DNA of 64,000 nucleotides from Parachlamydiaceae bacterium (GTDB lineage Bacteria; Chlamydiota; Chlamydiia; Chlamydiales; Parachlamydiaceae): NCBI GenBank assembly GCA_965200675.1, contig CBDAUP010000001.1, positions 67,750 to 131,749 of the forward strand, read 5' to 3'. Shown piece by piece: positions 9,455 to 19,710 of this stretch (position 1 is its first letter; each line of letters starts with the position of its first letter). The notes under the pieces were generated by a model. It saw only the letters and a program-made list of their open reading frames with translations, ran no database searches and was not told where the DNA came from. The position numbers and the translations under genes were made by a program.

Positions 9455-10030
9455 ATGACAATCTTCTCTAAACTTTATCCTCCAAAATTACTCTATTTTT
9501 TATCCTTTCTCTTATGTACACAAGCCATTGCTACGGAATTAAAGGGTACTTATGCTTCAACTCATGAAACTCTTGAAGAGTTTGAAATGGAGCAGAGCCT
9601 AGATGAGCTGCTTCTCCTAATTCAAAAGCGTTTAGTGATTATGCATGAAGTAGCTCGAACAAAATGGAATCAAAATTTAGCCATAGAAGACAAAATGCGA
9701 GAACAGCAGATTTTGATGCAGTTAGCTAAGCAAGCCCATCAGTATGGTTTAGATGAAAAGTTAGTCACTAGATTTTTTGAAGCACAGATTGAGGCTTCAA
9801 AAGAGATTCAAAAAAATGATTTTATACTATGGAAAGAAAACGGCGTCGTAAAATTTGAAAAAGTATTTAGCTTAAAAGATGAGTTGCGTCTTTATATTGA
9901 CCAGTTAAATCATAAAATGCTGGTGCTACTGGGCAAAATTTACAAAAAGCCTACTGCTATCACTAATAAGTACATTTTAGATTATCCTATTTCCACTAGA
10001 AATTCCGATTATATCGAACCTATTAGTTAG
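9455..10030 (+). CDS. secreted (periplasmic-type) AroQ-class chorismate mutase
   Basis: 191 aa. Signal-like N-terminus (LLYFLSFLLCTQAIA), then IQKRLVIMHEVARTKW...IEDKMREQQIL...FFEAQIEASKEIQ, typical of AroQ chorismate mutases. Confidence 0.7.
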   Translation: MTIFSKLYPPKLLYFLSFLLCTQAIATELKGTYASTHETLEEFEMEQSLDELLLLIQKRLVIMHEVARTKWNQNLAIEDKMREQQILMQLAKQAHQYGLDEKLVTRFFEAQIEASKEIQKNDFILWKENGVVKFEKVFSLKDELRLYIDQLNHKMLVLLGKIYKKPTAITNKYILDYPISTRNSDYIEPIS

Positions 10031-10341
10031 TCATTGGCTATTTCACCGCTAAAAAATAAAGACTTTTAAACAAGCAAGCCTACAGAAATTAAAATTTTTA
10101 AAAAGATAGACAATAGAGATCAAAAATTTTCTTTATATCTATTGCGTGTACATAATGTGTACCCTTTTGACCCATTTGATATATATATAAAATACACTGA
10201 ATGTACATTTCATACTTTAATTATTCTATTTTCAATCGAGCTAATAGATAATTGAATGGCATCAAAAATCGTAACTATCTTCTATTATTATACTCAAAAC
10301 GCAGCTATTTAATTTCGTATAAAGAAACTACTTTTAGCCTC

Positions 10342-11628
10342 TTATATATTCTTTACTGCGTAAAGTGGAATTTCGCGAAGGTGCTCCTGTTTGCCAAATG
10401 CTCCTTCTGAAATTTTTATGCCATAAGGAGTAGTTGGATGCTTGCTTAGGAATACATTTAAACTTTTCATTCCCCCTTTAATTTTTGATTTTACTTCAAT
10501 AGGAATGATCTTTTTATTATGGATAGTGATAAAGTCTACTTCCGCCTTGCTTGTCGTCAATTCATTATGCCAATAGTAAAGTTCTCCTTTTTGGGAAGGC
10601 TCGGCATAGGAAATTAATTCTTGAGCTACCAGTTGTTCTGCACTAAACCCAAATAATTTAACTTCTAATGGATGAGTCACACATTCAGCTAAGTCAAGCC
10701 CAAGAATCCTGTGCGCAATGCCGATATCAAAGAAAAAAACTTTAAATTTTTTCTCATCCATTTCCCCTCCTAGCGGATAGGATTGTGCAGCCGTGTGAAA
10801 ACACTGGTATGTAATGCCTGCTTTATTTAGAAGATGAAGAGCTTGTTTAATGGGATAAGTTTTGGCGTCAGGATCAACATTAATATATTTAAATTTTTTG
10901 CCTAACTGTTTTGGAATAGAAGAGAATACATGTCCTACATGTTCTATTTGATAGGCTTTAGCATATTTTTGAAAATCATCGCTATAAGTTTTAATGATTC
11001 GATCTTGAATCCTTTGACACAAAGAGGAATCTTTATGTGTAAGCCAGGTATCGACTACAGCTGGCATTCCTCCAAGCCACATGTAATTTTTCAAGTAATC
11101 TAAAATCACTGCATGAGTAGCAGAATCGATAGTTTCACGTTCAATATTTTCCCGTAGATCATCCCGCTGATGCGCAGTCAAAAATTCCATGAAAGAAAGA
11201 GGATAGAGAAATAAATAATCTACTCTTCCTACAGCTACTCCTAATTTTTCTAAAGTAAATTCAAGAAGTGACCCAGTCGCAATAACATGAAGTTCGGGCA
11301 TCTCTTCCTTAAAATAGCGTAAATAGCGAATGGCGTCAGGGCACTCCTGAATCTCATCCAAAAACAAAAGAGTTTGGCCCAGAATAATCTTTTTTTGTGT
11401 ATATACCTGCAATTGTTCTAGCGTTTTTTCAATTGAAATATGAGGGGGAAACAAAGCATGCACCCTCTTGTCTTTTTCAAAATTTACCTCGATATAGGAA
11501 GAAAATTCTTTTCCGAATAGACTCACAAGCCATGATTTTCCTACTTGACGCGCTCCTTTAATCAATAAAGGAACGCGAATAGGATCATGACGCCAATTTT
11601 TCAAAAAATTTAAATGATCTCTTTGCAT
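10342..11628 (-). CDS. AAA+ ATPase with C-terminal DUF4143 (restriction-endonuclease-like) domain
   Basis: 428 aa. Walker A GARQVGKS, Walker B LLFLDEIQ, ATGSLLEF, and a C-terminal EVDF....IPIEVKS motif (PD-(D/E)xK-like). Confidence 0.85.
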   Translation of the reverse strand: MQRDHLNFLKNWRHDPIRVPLLIKGARQVGKSWLVSLFGKEFSSYIEVNFEKDKRVHALFPPHISIEKTLEQLQVYTQKKIILGQTLLFLDEIQECPDAIRYLRYFKEEMPELHVIATGSLLEFTLEKLGVAVGRVDYLFLYPLSFMEFLTAHQRDDLRENIERETIDSATHAVILDYLKNYMWLGGMPAVVDTWLTHKDSSLCQRIQDRIIKTYSDDFQKYAKAYQIEHVGHVFSSIPKQLGKKFKYINVDPDAKTYPIKQALHLLNKAGITYQCFHTAAQSYPLGGEMDEKKFKVFFFDIGIAHRILGLDLAECVTHPLEVKLFGFSAEQLVAQELISYAEPSQKGELYYWHNELTTSKAEVDFITIHNKKIIPIEVKSKIKGGMKSLNVFLSKHPTTPYGIKISEGAFGKQEHLREIPLYAVKNI

Positions 11629-11650
11629 AGTTTGCCTTGTTTTAATTTTA

Positions 11651-11763
11651 TTTTAGAGAAAACATGGGGATAAAACAAGATTTTTTAGAAAAAACAAATG
11701 GATAAATTTTAAGATTTTAGAAAAAACATGGGGATAAATTCTAGGATTTTAAAAGATTAGGGG
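11651..11763. repeat. about 3.5 tandem 30-34-bp direct repeats upstream of the ATPase gene
   Basis: Units TTTTAGAGAAAACATGGGGATAAAACAAGA, TTTTTTAGAAAAAACAAATGGATAAATTTTAAGA and TTTTAGAAAAAACATGGGGATAAATTCTAGGA, plus a partial unit. The array begins 23 nt upstream of the start codon at 11628. Confidence 0.7.
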
Positions 11764-12255
11764 CTTCTTCATCGCTAGTCTACTAACATTTACGCAGATT
11801 GTTTATGTAGTCTATCTCCTCTAATTTAGGAATAGCTTCTTATAAAAAGCTTAAATAAAATCAACCTTTCTGATTTACCAATTTTAATGATTGAGATTGG
11901 TTGCAATTCATTAATTACAAACTAGATCCTTCCAACTAAGTCAAAGTAATTATTTAATGTACATGTTATGTATTTTTATGGCACATTGGATATACATTTC
12001 CTATCCACTAAATGTACTAAAAATGTACATTGACTGCTTCTATTATTTTATTTTCAATAAAAATATTAGCTAATTGGATGGTATTAGAAAGGATCAATAG
12101 AATTCAAAAAAAGATGATTTAATTCTTGCGTCTTAGCTATGCTTCTGGCGAAATTTGGACCTGGGATGACTTTTCAAAGAAAATATAGAAAGTTTTGGCT
12201 AGAAATAGCACATGGATAGATCTTCTCAAAAGTAGATGAAACAGCTAATTCTCTA

Positions 12256-13473
12256 CTAATGAAGCCACTCCTCCCATAATAATTGCGCTCCATCTCTCGG
12301 CATGCCCAATAAATCAAAGATATCCTGGTCTGCAGCGGAGTTAATTTCCCTAGTTGACGGAATCTCTCTGACTACTTTTAGAAACTGTTCAGCAGTAGAG
12401 ATGTGTCGAATCAGTTTTTTTGCGCTAAGATTTTCGCCAATAGCACTCGATCGATCATTTACATAGAAGACCTTTTTCTTTAAAGCATTCGCTTGAAACA
12501 CAACAGTTGAAGTAGGGTCGGCAGTGACTACTATATCAGCAATAGCCAGAGCTTCGACAGTTTTAATCTTTTTGGTGACCTCTGGTTCAAAGTCACCTAC
12601 AATGCGGAGGGGAATCGAGCCGTATTTAGCCTCTGCGCAAATTTTCTTCTCTACAATTCCCTGATAGCGCGGATGCGGTACAATTAGAATCTGTAGAGCC
12701 TTCTCATGAGGAACTAAATCTAAAAATAGTTTAAAAGAGTTTTCATAACTCTCTCCATAGACACCTGTGTAAACGATGAGCGGAAGCTCTGCATCTAAGC
12801 CCAACCGTTCGATCACGGCTTGTTTGTTGATAGCTTGAGCTTGATGGCAATACTCTTCGATAGGACCATGTCCTACGATGACAACTCTTTGATTAAGCGT
12901 ATTGAGCTTCTCAGCTGCAGCTTTGGAGGGTACTGCAACCTGCTTAGCACTTCTCTGTACCTTATCAGCTACTTGAAAATAATCAGTATCGCCCTCTGGA
13001 TTGGGATTATCTCGAAGAGCTAGCACTTCTGCATCTGTATGAGCTTGATAGTGCTCCAACAGTTGCTCAAAGATAGCACAAGACACGCCCACTACTACTT
13101 TTTTTTGAACATTGAGCTGCTGAGTGATTTTTTCTAAGCTACTTTGACTAAGTCTTCTGTTGCGCATCCAGGTGTGATCGACTGTTTCTGCTAACCCGAG
13201 TTGTTTGTAATGGATGAGTTTATCCGCATAGTGACAAAAAGGCTCTGTGGATAAGGCCTCTGTAGAAGCTCCCATAAAAATTAGACGAAAATCCAACTGC
13301 GCTAAAACAGCTGGCTGGTGCTCCTGCGCATAATGAAGCATGGAGGCAATCATATTTTTATCGCCATGATCAAATAAGAAAATAGCGTAGTCTGTTTTTA
13401 TCGGGCTATCGGCTGAAAGAACTAGATTTAGCCAGAAAAAAGCTGACAATACATACAAATAAACTATTTTCAT
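12256..13473 (-). CDS. hypothetical secreted protein (weak Rossmann/GT-B-like impression)
   Basis: 405-aa ORF with a signal-like N-terminus (VLSAFFWLNLVLSA). Alternating beta-alpha-like segments (VVIVGHGP, LIVYTGVYG, ILIVPHP) are seen, but no diagnostic motif was recognised. Confidence 0.5.
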   Translation of the reverse strand: MKIVYLYVLSAFFWLNLVLSADSPIKTDYAIFLFDHGDKNMIASMLHYAQEHQPAVLAQLDFRLIFMGASTEALSTEPFCHYADKLIHYKQLGLAETVDHTWMRNRRLSQSSLEKITQQLNVQKKVVVGVSCAIFEQLLEHYQAHTDAEVLALRDNPNPEGDTDYFQVADKVQRSAKQVAVPSKAAAEKLNTLNQRVVIVGHGPIEEYCHQAQAINKQAVIERLGLDAELPLIVYTGVYGESYENSFKLFLDLVPHEKALQILIVPHPRYQGIVEKKICAEAKYGSIPLRIVGDFEPEVTKKIKTVEALAIADIVVTADPTSTVVFQANALKKKVFYVNDRSSAIGENLSAKKLIRHISTAEQFLKVVREIPSTREINSAADQDIFDLLGMPRDGAQLLWEEWLH

Positions 13474-13640
13474 TCTTTAATCGCCGATGATAAAACGGAT
13501 GCATCAATAGCATGCCCAATATCTTAAAAATTAACTAGAACTATTACTCTGATTTTTCATTCAATAAAAATTGATCATTGTTTAAAGGTCTTTCAATAAA
13601 AACTAGACTTAACTAAGAGAAAAATTGATCATCTCAACTT

Positions 13641-14282
13641 TTAGTAGCGTGCGTCTGGATTGATTTTATTTTGTTCTTCCATAATAGCTTCTGCCATTTG
13701 ATAGAGACCATCGGCAATTAAACCTGCAGCTACATAACCTTTCTCAGGAATTGGAACTGGAGCTACAGCTACTAATACGCCACTAAGTAATAAACCAACA
13801 CCAAATACCATTCTCAAAGTTACTGTCGTTTGATTATTCGGATCATATGGTCCATTGCCAACTTTCCTATCAAGACTAAATAACATTCTATGTCTGTTGT
13901 CTTTAAAAAAGATCTTTTTGACCTCTTTAATCTGTTTAGAGGATACATGATGTCCCTGTTTAGCCAATTTTTTGAAAGCATCATCTATGTAAGAATTAAG
14001 ATTGATCGAAATATTGCTAGACTGTCCGATTTCTCCTTTTATTTCAAAAAGGATGTTTAACATTTTGTTAACATCTTTACGGGTTAGTTCAACACCGCTT
14101 TTAATTTTTTTGCTTAGATTAAATCCTTTCTTGGCTAAATTACCCAATCTGACACAAGAGGCAATATCAGTTAACCCTTTATGATGGACAAGTGGATCTA
14201 GAGTAGTTGTAAACGCAAAAGAAAAGAAAGTAAATGACAGAGCCAGCTGACAAAGCAGAAAACGATTACAAAAATGAAACAT
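13641..14282 (-). CDS. hypothetical protein with C-terminal hydrophobic hairpin (paralog of 1345..2061)
   Basis: 213 aa. AGGAG lies 3 nt before the ATG. It shares its architecture and several aligned blocks with 1345..2061. Confidence 0.6.
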   Translation of the reverse strand: MFHFCNRFLLCQLALSFTFFSFAFTTTLDPLVHHKGLTDIASCVRLGNLAKKGFNLSKKIKSGVELTRKDVNKMLNILFEIKGEIGQSSNISINLNSYIDDAFKKLAKQGHHVSSKQIKEVKKIFFKDNRHRMLFSLDRKVGNGPYDPNNQTTVTLRMVFGVGLLLSGVLVAVAPVPIPEKGYVAAGLIADGLYQMAEAIMEEQNKINPDARY

Positions 14283-14413
14283 AAACTCCTAGTTTTTGTT
14301 ATTTTTTTTGGGTCATTCATTAAGACATGTAATTGCTGATTGATATTCCAACAATAGAAAACCAAGACTATGAAAAGTAAACAAATAGATATAAAATTAT
14401 ATGTGTTCATCAT
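14198..14413 (-). CDS. possible small two-TM ORF overlapping the start of 13641..14282
   Basis: 71 aa. Same relative position and same -1 frame relation as 1220..1426 at the paralogous locus, but no obvious SD. Confidence 0.25.
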   Translation of the reverse strand: MMNTYNFISICLLFIVLVFYCWNINQQLHVLMNDPKKITKTRSLCFIFVIVFCFVSWLCHLLSFLLRLQLL

Positions 14414-14946
14414 TAGTTACAATAATAAATTTAGTTAGATTAAGAGATTATTGAATTTAAAAGTACATTTAAATAAAGAGTATATACTTCCTTTTTCTCT
14501 TATTTATAAAATTACCTTATACACACATTAATTTGAGCTTTAAATCATGACAGAAAATTTAAAAACCTCATCTATTTTACCACCAAGTGTTCGTCAATAT
14601 TTTGATGTTTTACTCAGACAGGATCAATCAACAGAATTAACTCAGTGCATTGGATTAGAGGAAATCGTCAAAGTTCAGCTAATTACTGCAACAGAAACTT
14701 TTGAAATGACGATTCAAGATTTAATGGAATCAAGTGTCAACATTATCTAGAAAGTCTGCCTAGTTATAAAAGAGCTCAAGAAACCAAGCAAGAAGGGATC
14801 TGATAGAAAGAGGGTAGTGGATCGGATTAGAAAAGAGAATCAAGAAAAGGCCTTGAGAGCCTTAAATATTATTCTATCCTATCTGATTTTACTAGTCAGC
14901 CAGACCTATTTTTGTTACGTTTCAAATTGTAAGCAAAGGAATTTTT

Positions 14947-15435
14947 ATGTCTATCCATGCAGATTCATCTCTTTTAGAAACAACTTATCAGATAGCTAAA
15001 TACATTCAAACCTTTGTAACAGAAGAGCTGCATGATGAAAGTGAAAAACCCTTTTCTGAATATGCTGAGTATTTTTGCTTAGGACCTAATTCTAGTAGAC
15101 ACCAGACAAAACAGGGCCTTGTTTTAGAAGAATCGGCTGGCATACCTTCTAAAATTCATACTCCTTATGGCAGCTGGTCTATCTTGGGCAATGGAGGAAT
15201 TGGCGATTGGCAAAAAGTGATGGAAGCGATTAAAGAGCCGCTAGGTTTAAAACTGATGAAGAAGGAAGAACAAACAGCTGAAAACTCTAATGGTCCTTAC
15301 TGGGCCATTACTCAATGGCAAAACAAGTTGATGGATAAGCCTATCTATAGAGAACTCTCTGCTTATCTTAATCATCGGAAAGTAAGCGAAGTCTGGCAAA
15401 AATTTCAAGCTAACCATGATGAGATGTTCTCCTAA
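14947..15435 (+). CDS. hypothetical protein
   Basis: 162-aa ORF; no domain recognised. Confidence 0.45.
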   Translation: MSIHADSSLLETTYQIAKYIQTFVTEELHDESEKPFSEYAEYFCLGPNSSRHQTKQGLVLEESAGIPSKIHTPYGSWSILGNGGIGDWQKVMEAIKEPLGLKLMKKEEQTAENSNGPYWAITQWQNKLMDKPIYRELSAYLNHRKVSEVWQKFQANHDEMFS

Positions 15436-15641
15436 AGGATCTTGTGAACTAGCTGCTAAAGGAGCAAACTTCCATTGCTAGGCTACATATTTCAAACCTT
15501 TTCTATATCCCATTTAAAACTAAATTTCTGCTTGACTGTCAATTATCTGATCCTGTAAATCTGTTAACTGTTAGCTAATTTAAAATTAAACTATCAACTA
15601 AACTCAGTATGACAATTTTTTAATTTTTACCTTTAAGAGAC

Positions 15642-16262
15642 ATGATGATTACCACTATCACTAATCTTATCCAACCAGGTCAATGGGCCAATTTTGAAAC
15701 AAATTTAAGAGATCCGGCTCATCAAGAAGAGGATATTGTAAAAAGTCCTGTTTTTATTTTGACGCGTGAAGGAATTGGAGACAATCTAAAAGCAATGGTG
15801 CTCGATCAGAACTTAAATTTATTAGTTTGGTATGCTGATAATAAAACGCGCTTTAAAAATGGAACAATTTGTGGAAGGTGTGCATCGGGAAGTTTTTGGG
15901 CAGGTGTTCTTGAAATTTCAGTTGCAAATATCAAGCTTACTGTTCAAACTCCATCAATTTTAAAGGAAGCAAAAGAACGTCGCGCCAAATTTCTAAAGAA
16001 TTATCCCCAAATGGAGAGCCAGTTTTTTAAAATCTCTGAAGAAACATCTGTTAAAGAGATAGACTCTCGCTTTATATGTCCTATAACTCTTGAACCATTT
16101 AAGGATCCTGTGACAGCTCCTGATGGTATAACCTATGAACGACAAGCTATTGTTAACTGGATTAATGCCTATGGAAATTCTCCCTTTACTCGCGAGCCAC
16201 TAACAGAAAAACAGCTAATTACTAATTTTGCTTTAAGACCAAATGACAATAAAAAAATTTAA
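15642..16262 (+). CDS. U-box domain protein (eukaryote-like E3 ubiquitin ligase module)
   Basis: C-terminal FICPITLEPFKDPVTAPDGITYERQAIVNWINAYGNSPFTREPL is a textbook U-box (about nt 16071..16250). Confidence 0.85.
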   Translation: MMITTITNLIQPGQWANFETNLRDPAHQEEDIVKSPVFILTREGIGDNLKAMVLDQNLNLLVWYADNKTRFKNGTICGRCASGSFWAGVLEISVANIKLTVQTPSILKEAKERRAKFLKNYPQMESQFFKISEETSVKEIDSRFICPITLEPFKDPVTAPDGITYERQAIVNWINAYGNSPFTREPLTEKQLITNFALRPNDNKKI

Positions 16263-16584
16263 TTTTAATACATAAATCATCAAAAAAAAGAGTGACTAAT
16301 CTGTCATTAAATTCTGAAATAGAGTCGTCCTAGTCTAAGCATTTTACTAGATAGTAGACTACTAAGATGTGCAGAGTGACTGCACACTATGCATTCCTAT
16401 TTTTACAGTTTAATTTAAAAAATTAAGTAAATTAACTGATCAGCCTAGTCAAAAATTGAGAGAACCCTTTTTAGTTCAATAAAAATTAATTTTTGTATCG
16501 TCGATAAATTTTAGTTAAAACTTTATTTAATCTAAATAATAAAATCCTAAATTAATTATAATTTTCAAGTTAGGAGAGATAATA

Positions 16585-17286
16585 ATGCAATACATAAATA
16601 TTAGTTTGACAAATAGGTCTAATGCTTTTTTTAGCAAGTATATTAACAATAATTTATCTAACTCAGAGCTTAAACATAGAGGTGCTTCCTTTGGTTTTGG
16701 ATGCATAAAATTTGTGACTAGTATTGCAGATACAATTATCGGCATGGGCTTAGGATGTGGCGACATTGTAACAGCTGGAAAAATAGAGTCACTTCATAAA
16801 CTTTCTGTTTCACAATTAGATTTTAGTTATAAAATATTAAGTCCATCTTATAGAAATTTTTTAAAAGCTATTAATCCCAAAGCACATTTTTCTGATGAAG
16901 TAAATACATATGATATTAACTTCCAAAAAAGGAATTCAGAAATAAACCATAAACCTCCTATGATCAGTTGCAGAGGTAATGGCTTGCTAGCAGATTCCAT
17001 AGCTTTATCACTTGATAACTTTGCAAACAGATCTTATCAATCAGATAATCTAATAAAAAAATATGTGATTTCTAGATTGACTTATCCTGTATTAGCTTTA
17101 GCTTGTTTGGTCACTAGGCTAGTGGATGGAATCATTGGACTTCTAGCCGCTACTTTTTCTCTGTTAACTCTTGGAAAATTTACACTACTCAACAACATAG
17201 CTGTTAGAGGATTAGAATCAACAGGTATAATCAACGATTTTTTTTACTGTGTTATTAAAACAATTAATCCTGGGGCTAAATACTAA
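16585..17286 (+). CDS. hypothetical membrane protein
   Basis: 233 aa with two Gly-rich hydrophobic regions (FVTSIADTIIGMGLGCG; LALACLVTRLVDGIIGLLAATFSLL). Confidence 0.45.
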   Translation: MQYINISLTNRSNAFFSKYINNNLSNSELKHRGASFGFGCIKFVTSIADTIIGMGLGCGDIVTAGKIESLHKLSVSQLDFSYKILSPSYRNFLKAINPKAHFSDEVNTYDINFQKRNSEINHKPPMISCRGNGLLADSIALSLDNFANRSYQSDNLIKKYVISRLTYPVLALACLVTRLVDGIIGLLAATFSLLTLGKFTLLNNIAVRGLESTGIINDFFYCVIKTINPGAKY

Positions 17287-17569
17287 ATAACATTGATTAG
17301 TTAGAATCAATTAAAATGGAATTTAATCAATGAATTAAATTTCATTTTTTATCTAAAAATAATTATTATGAATTTTTTATTTATAAATTAAATTTTTAAG
17401 ATAATTATGTCTCACTATTTTATTTTACTAACGCACTTCATTCGTTTTTTAAAAAGTCTTAGTTAATTTGGTGCAAGATTAAGTGACTTAGTAGTTATTT
17501 TGCATTTGCCTTATAAATCTCTTGCTGATCATAAATAAAATAGGTTAAGTGATTTCTATAGACAAGAAT

Positions 17570-18207
17570 TTATAATCTATCGTTTAACAGAGATTCTTGA
17601 CTTCTATAAATATCTGCTAAGACAATCCCTTCAAAAAGATGACTATTTTCAATTTTTTTAAATACATTAACATAGCTTTTAGCATTTTCTGGCAATGAAA
17701 TTTGGTGGAATAGATCGGCACCGATGGCTACCTTCCACCAATGATTCTGTAAATGAGGTGTCAATTCCAGTACTTTTTCGAAAAAATTCTCACTTAATAA
17801 GTTGGTTATCAGTTGCACGATTTTAAATTCTCTTTCCTTAATTTTTTCATTTTTATAGCTGTCTATCTGATGATATATCTCAACAAAATAAGTTAAGGGA
17901 TTATAGAGTGATTTCTTTTGCATGAGACGATCCAATTGTATAAACTGCTCATAATTAAAATTCTCAAAAGTTAATAATAGGATTTTTCTCATTTTATAGA
18001 AAAAATGATTGAGTTTTTTTAAATTTAGAGGATTGATATTTTTTGGCACCCCTTTCAGATTTTTGTGCTTGTGTTCTTTTATAGTAGTGAGAACAGTGCA
18101 ATGGCTCAAGCGTAACAATTTTTTCTTAGCCACTGGATTAGCTATATGGTTGCTTAGAAATTTAATAGAATCAATTAATTTGATTAATTTAGGATATTTA
18201 GAATAAT
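17570..18207 (-). pseudogene. C-terminal part of an F-box gene split by IS982 insertion
   Basis: The reading frame of ORF 17570..18133 extends upstream to the IS junction. It joins in frame with 19171..19391 once the IS and one copy of the 10-bp duplication are removed. Confidence 0.7.
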
Positions 18208-19170
18208 CTAAGTTCGATATAACTAAATTAGAATAAAGTTAATAGCTAGAGCAATAACAAACCCAATTACTTTTAGTTCAAAACCAGCATCAGTCACAGC
18301 ATGAATCTTCTTTGGTAAAAAAGAGGAAATACAACTAAATGTTGTCTCAATACTCATTCTAAACCGTTTGAGATCTTGCCAATCTTCAAAGAAATGAGGA
18401 TAATGGGAATTAGTTTTGCGTTCGATGATGACTCTTATCTGTCTTTTTTGAAGTTCTCTCTCATATTCATAATCTGTATAAGCACTATCTCCATATAGAC
18501 TACTCCCAACAGGTAGATCATTAGCCATTAATTTGAAAGGTTCACTATCATGATATTTACCTGGGGATAGCAAAATCTCATAAGGTTGTCCTTCAGCTGT
18601 AGCTATCATATTCACTTTTAATCCATAAAAATACTCTTTTTTACTAGGATTATACCCTCTAAATTCTTCTCTTCTATAAATACGACAACGCTTAATTCTT
18701 ATATTTCGACAAACAGCCACTGGAAAACTATCGATAATAAATTCTTTAGATACATCAGACACTCCTCTTGCATGATAAGCAAATGTAATCAACTCATTCC
18801 ACATCTTGTCATCTACTGCATGCAATCTCTGATTTAATTGTCCTTTGCCCAATGGTTTCTTAAAACACTTTCTATCTTTTAGCATGCTATATGCTCTTTC
18901 TATGTTGCCATAAAAAAATCTTGTTGCCACAATATATACAAACATAACTTCTGCTAATGTCATTTTGATGTTTGGCCATTCTTGATGATTGCCACTTTTT
19001 AAGAAATCGTCACAAAAACAATAAATTGCTATTAATTGTATTTCCCTCATGGTCTCTCTCCCTTAATTTTTTTGTTGTTAAAAATATTATAAGGAGTTGA
19101 GACCTTTTTTATTTATTTCTTTTCCTATTTTCTTCTTTTTCTCTTTCTGGTTAGTTATTCCGAACTTGAG
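18208..19170 (-). mobile_element. IS982-family insertion sequence with 10-bp target-site duplication
   Basis: Imperfect terminal inverted repeats (CTAAGTTCGATATAACTAA and, reverse-complemented, CTCAAGTTCGGAATAACTAA). Flanked by direct repeats TTAGAATAAT at 18198..18207 and 19171..19180. Confidence 0.75.
18223..19050 (-). CDS. IS982-family DDE transposase
   Basis: 275 aa. IYCFCDDF, IIDSFPVAVC, YFYGLKVNMI and LYGDSAYTD blocks fit IS982-type transposases. Confidence 0.8.
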   Translation of the reverse strand: MREIQLIAIYCFCDDFLKSGNHQEWPNIKMTLAEVMFVYIVATRFFYGNIERAYSMLKDRKCFKKPLGKGQLNQRLHAVDDKMWNELITFAYHARGVSDVSKEFIIDSFPVAVCRNIRIKRCRIYRREEFRGYNPSKKEYFYGLKVNMIATAEGQPYEILLSPGKYHDSEPFKLMANDLPVGSSLYGDSAYTDYEYERELQKRQIRVIIERKTNSHYPHFFEDWQDLKRFRMSIETTFSCISSFLPKKIHAVTDAGFELKVIGFVIALAINFILI

Positions 19171-19391
19171 TTAGAATAATAAGAAAGAATAATAGCTTGC
19201 CACTCATGACAAACTTGCATATTAACTTGTAAATCCGACTGATTTAAATAGAAAAAAATCTGAACTAAAAGTTCTGAAGGTAAGATAGGAATTGAAGCAA
19301 GAGACTTTCTACTATTAAATTTTTTCCTATCTTTTAACTCTTTAATAGCAAGAGTGAAATGACTAAAAGATACAGAGTTAAAAATTAACAT
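19171..19391 (-). pseudogene. N-terminal (F-box) part of the gene split by IS982
   Basis: IPILPSELLVQIFFYLNQSDLQVNMQVCHEWQAII is a clear F-box. The annotated ORF (19155..19391) terminates inside the IS inverted repeat. Confidence 0.75.
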
Positions 19392-19572
19392 CTAATCTCC
19401 CTTAAAATAGGTACATTAATTTCTTTATATCAAATTAATATAAATAGTCCAATAGTAAATAATTTTATCAGAACAATATGCATTGATTCAGTTAATTATT
19501 AACATTTTTATTGGCTTAAAAATATGAATAGGATTAAATATTAATTTAATTAATTAATTTTTGGATGCGAAA

Positions 19573-19710
19573 ATGATTTCTAATTTAAATCAATTTACTA
19601 TTAATACACCAGTTGAAGAGTTAAGAACTTTAACAGGAGTATTAGCAAGCTCTACTCCTACAGCTACTTTCTTCGGTAAAAGAGTGTGTATTACCAGAAT
19701 GAAAAAGTAG
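19573..19710 (+). pseudogene. decayed copy of the small MISNLNQ ORF (paralog of 47656..47823)
   Basis: MISNLNQFTINTPVEELRTLTGVLASSTPTATFFGKRV then diverges. Relative to the 47656 copy it has a frame change after GKRV and a weakened SD (GGATG versus GGAGG). Confidence 0.4.

Noticed and set aside
13641..14413. Programmed -1 frameshifting at the second small-ORF/large-ORF locus
   Set aside because: No X-XXY-YYZ heptamer lies in the small-ORF frame within the overlap. The large ORF has its own AGGAG plus ATG. Only the first locus has a slippery heptamer, so the frameshift idea remains weak.
14547..14999. Two short ORFs (14547..14750 and 14817..14999) as genes
   Set aside because: No SD, motif or paralog support is visible. 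They are left unannotated rather than called.
18009..18206. 65-aa plus-strand ORF next to the IS982 element
   Set aside because: It lies antisense to the reconstructed F-box gene fragment, whose frame continues across this interval.
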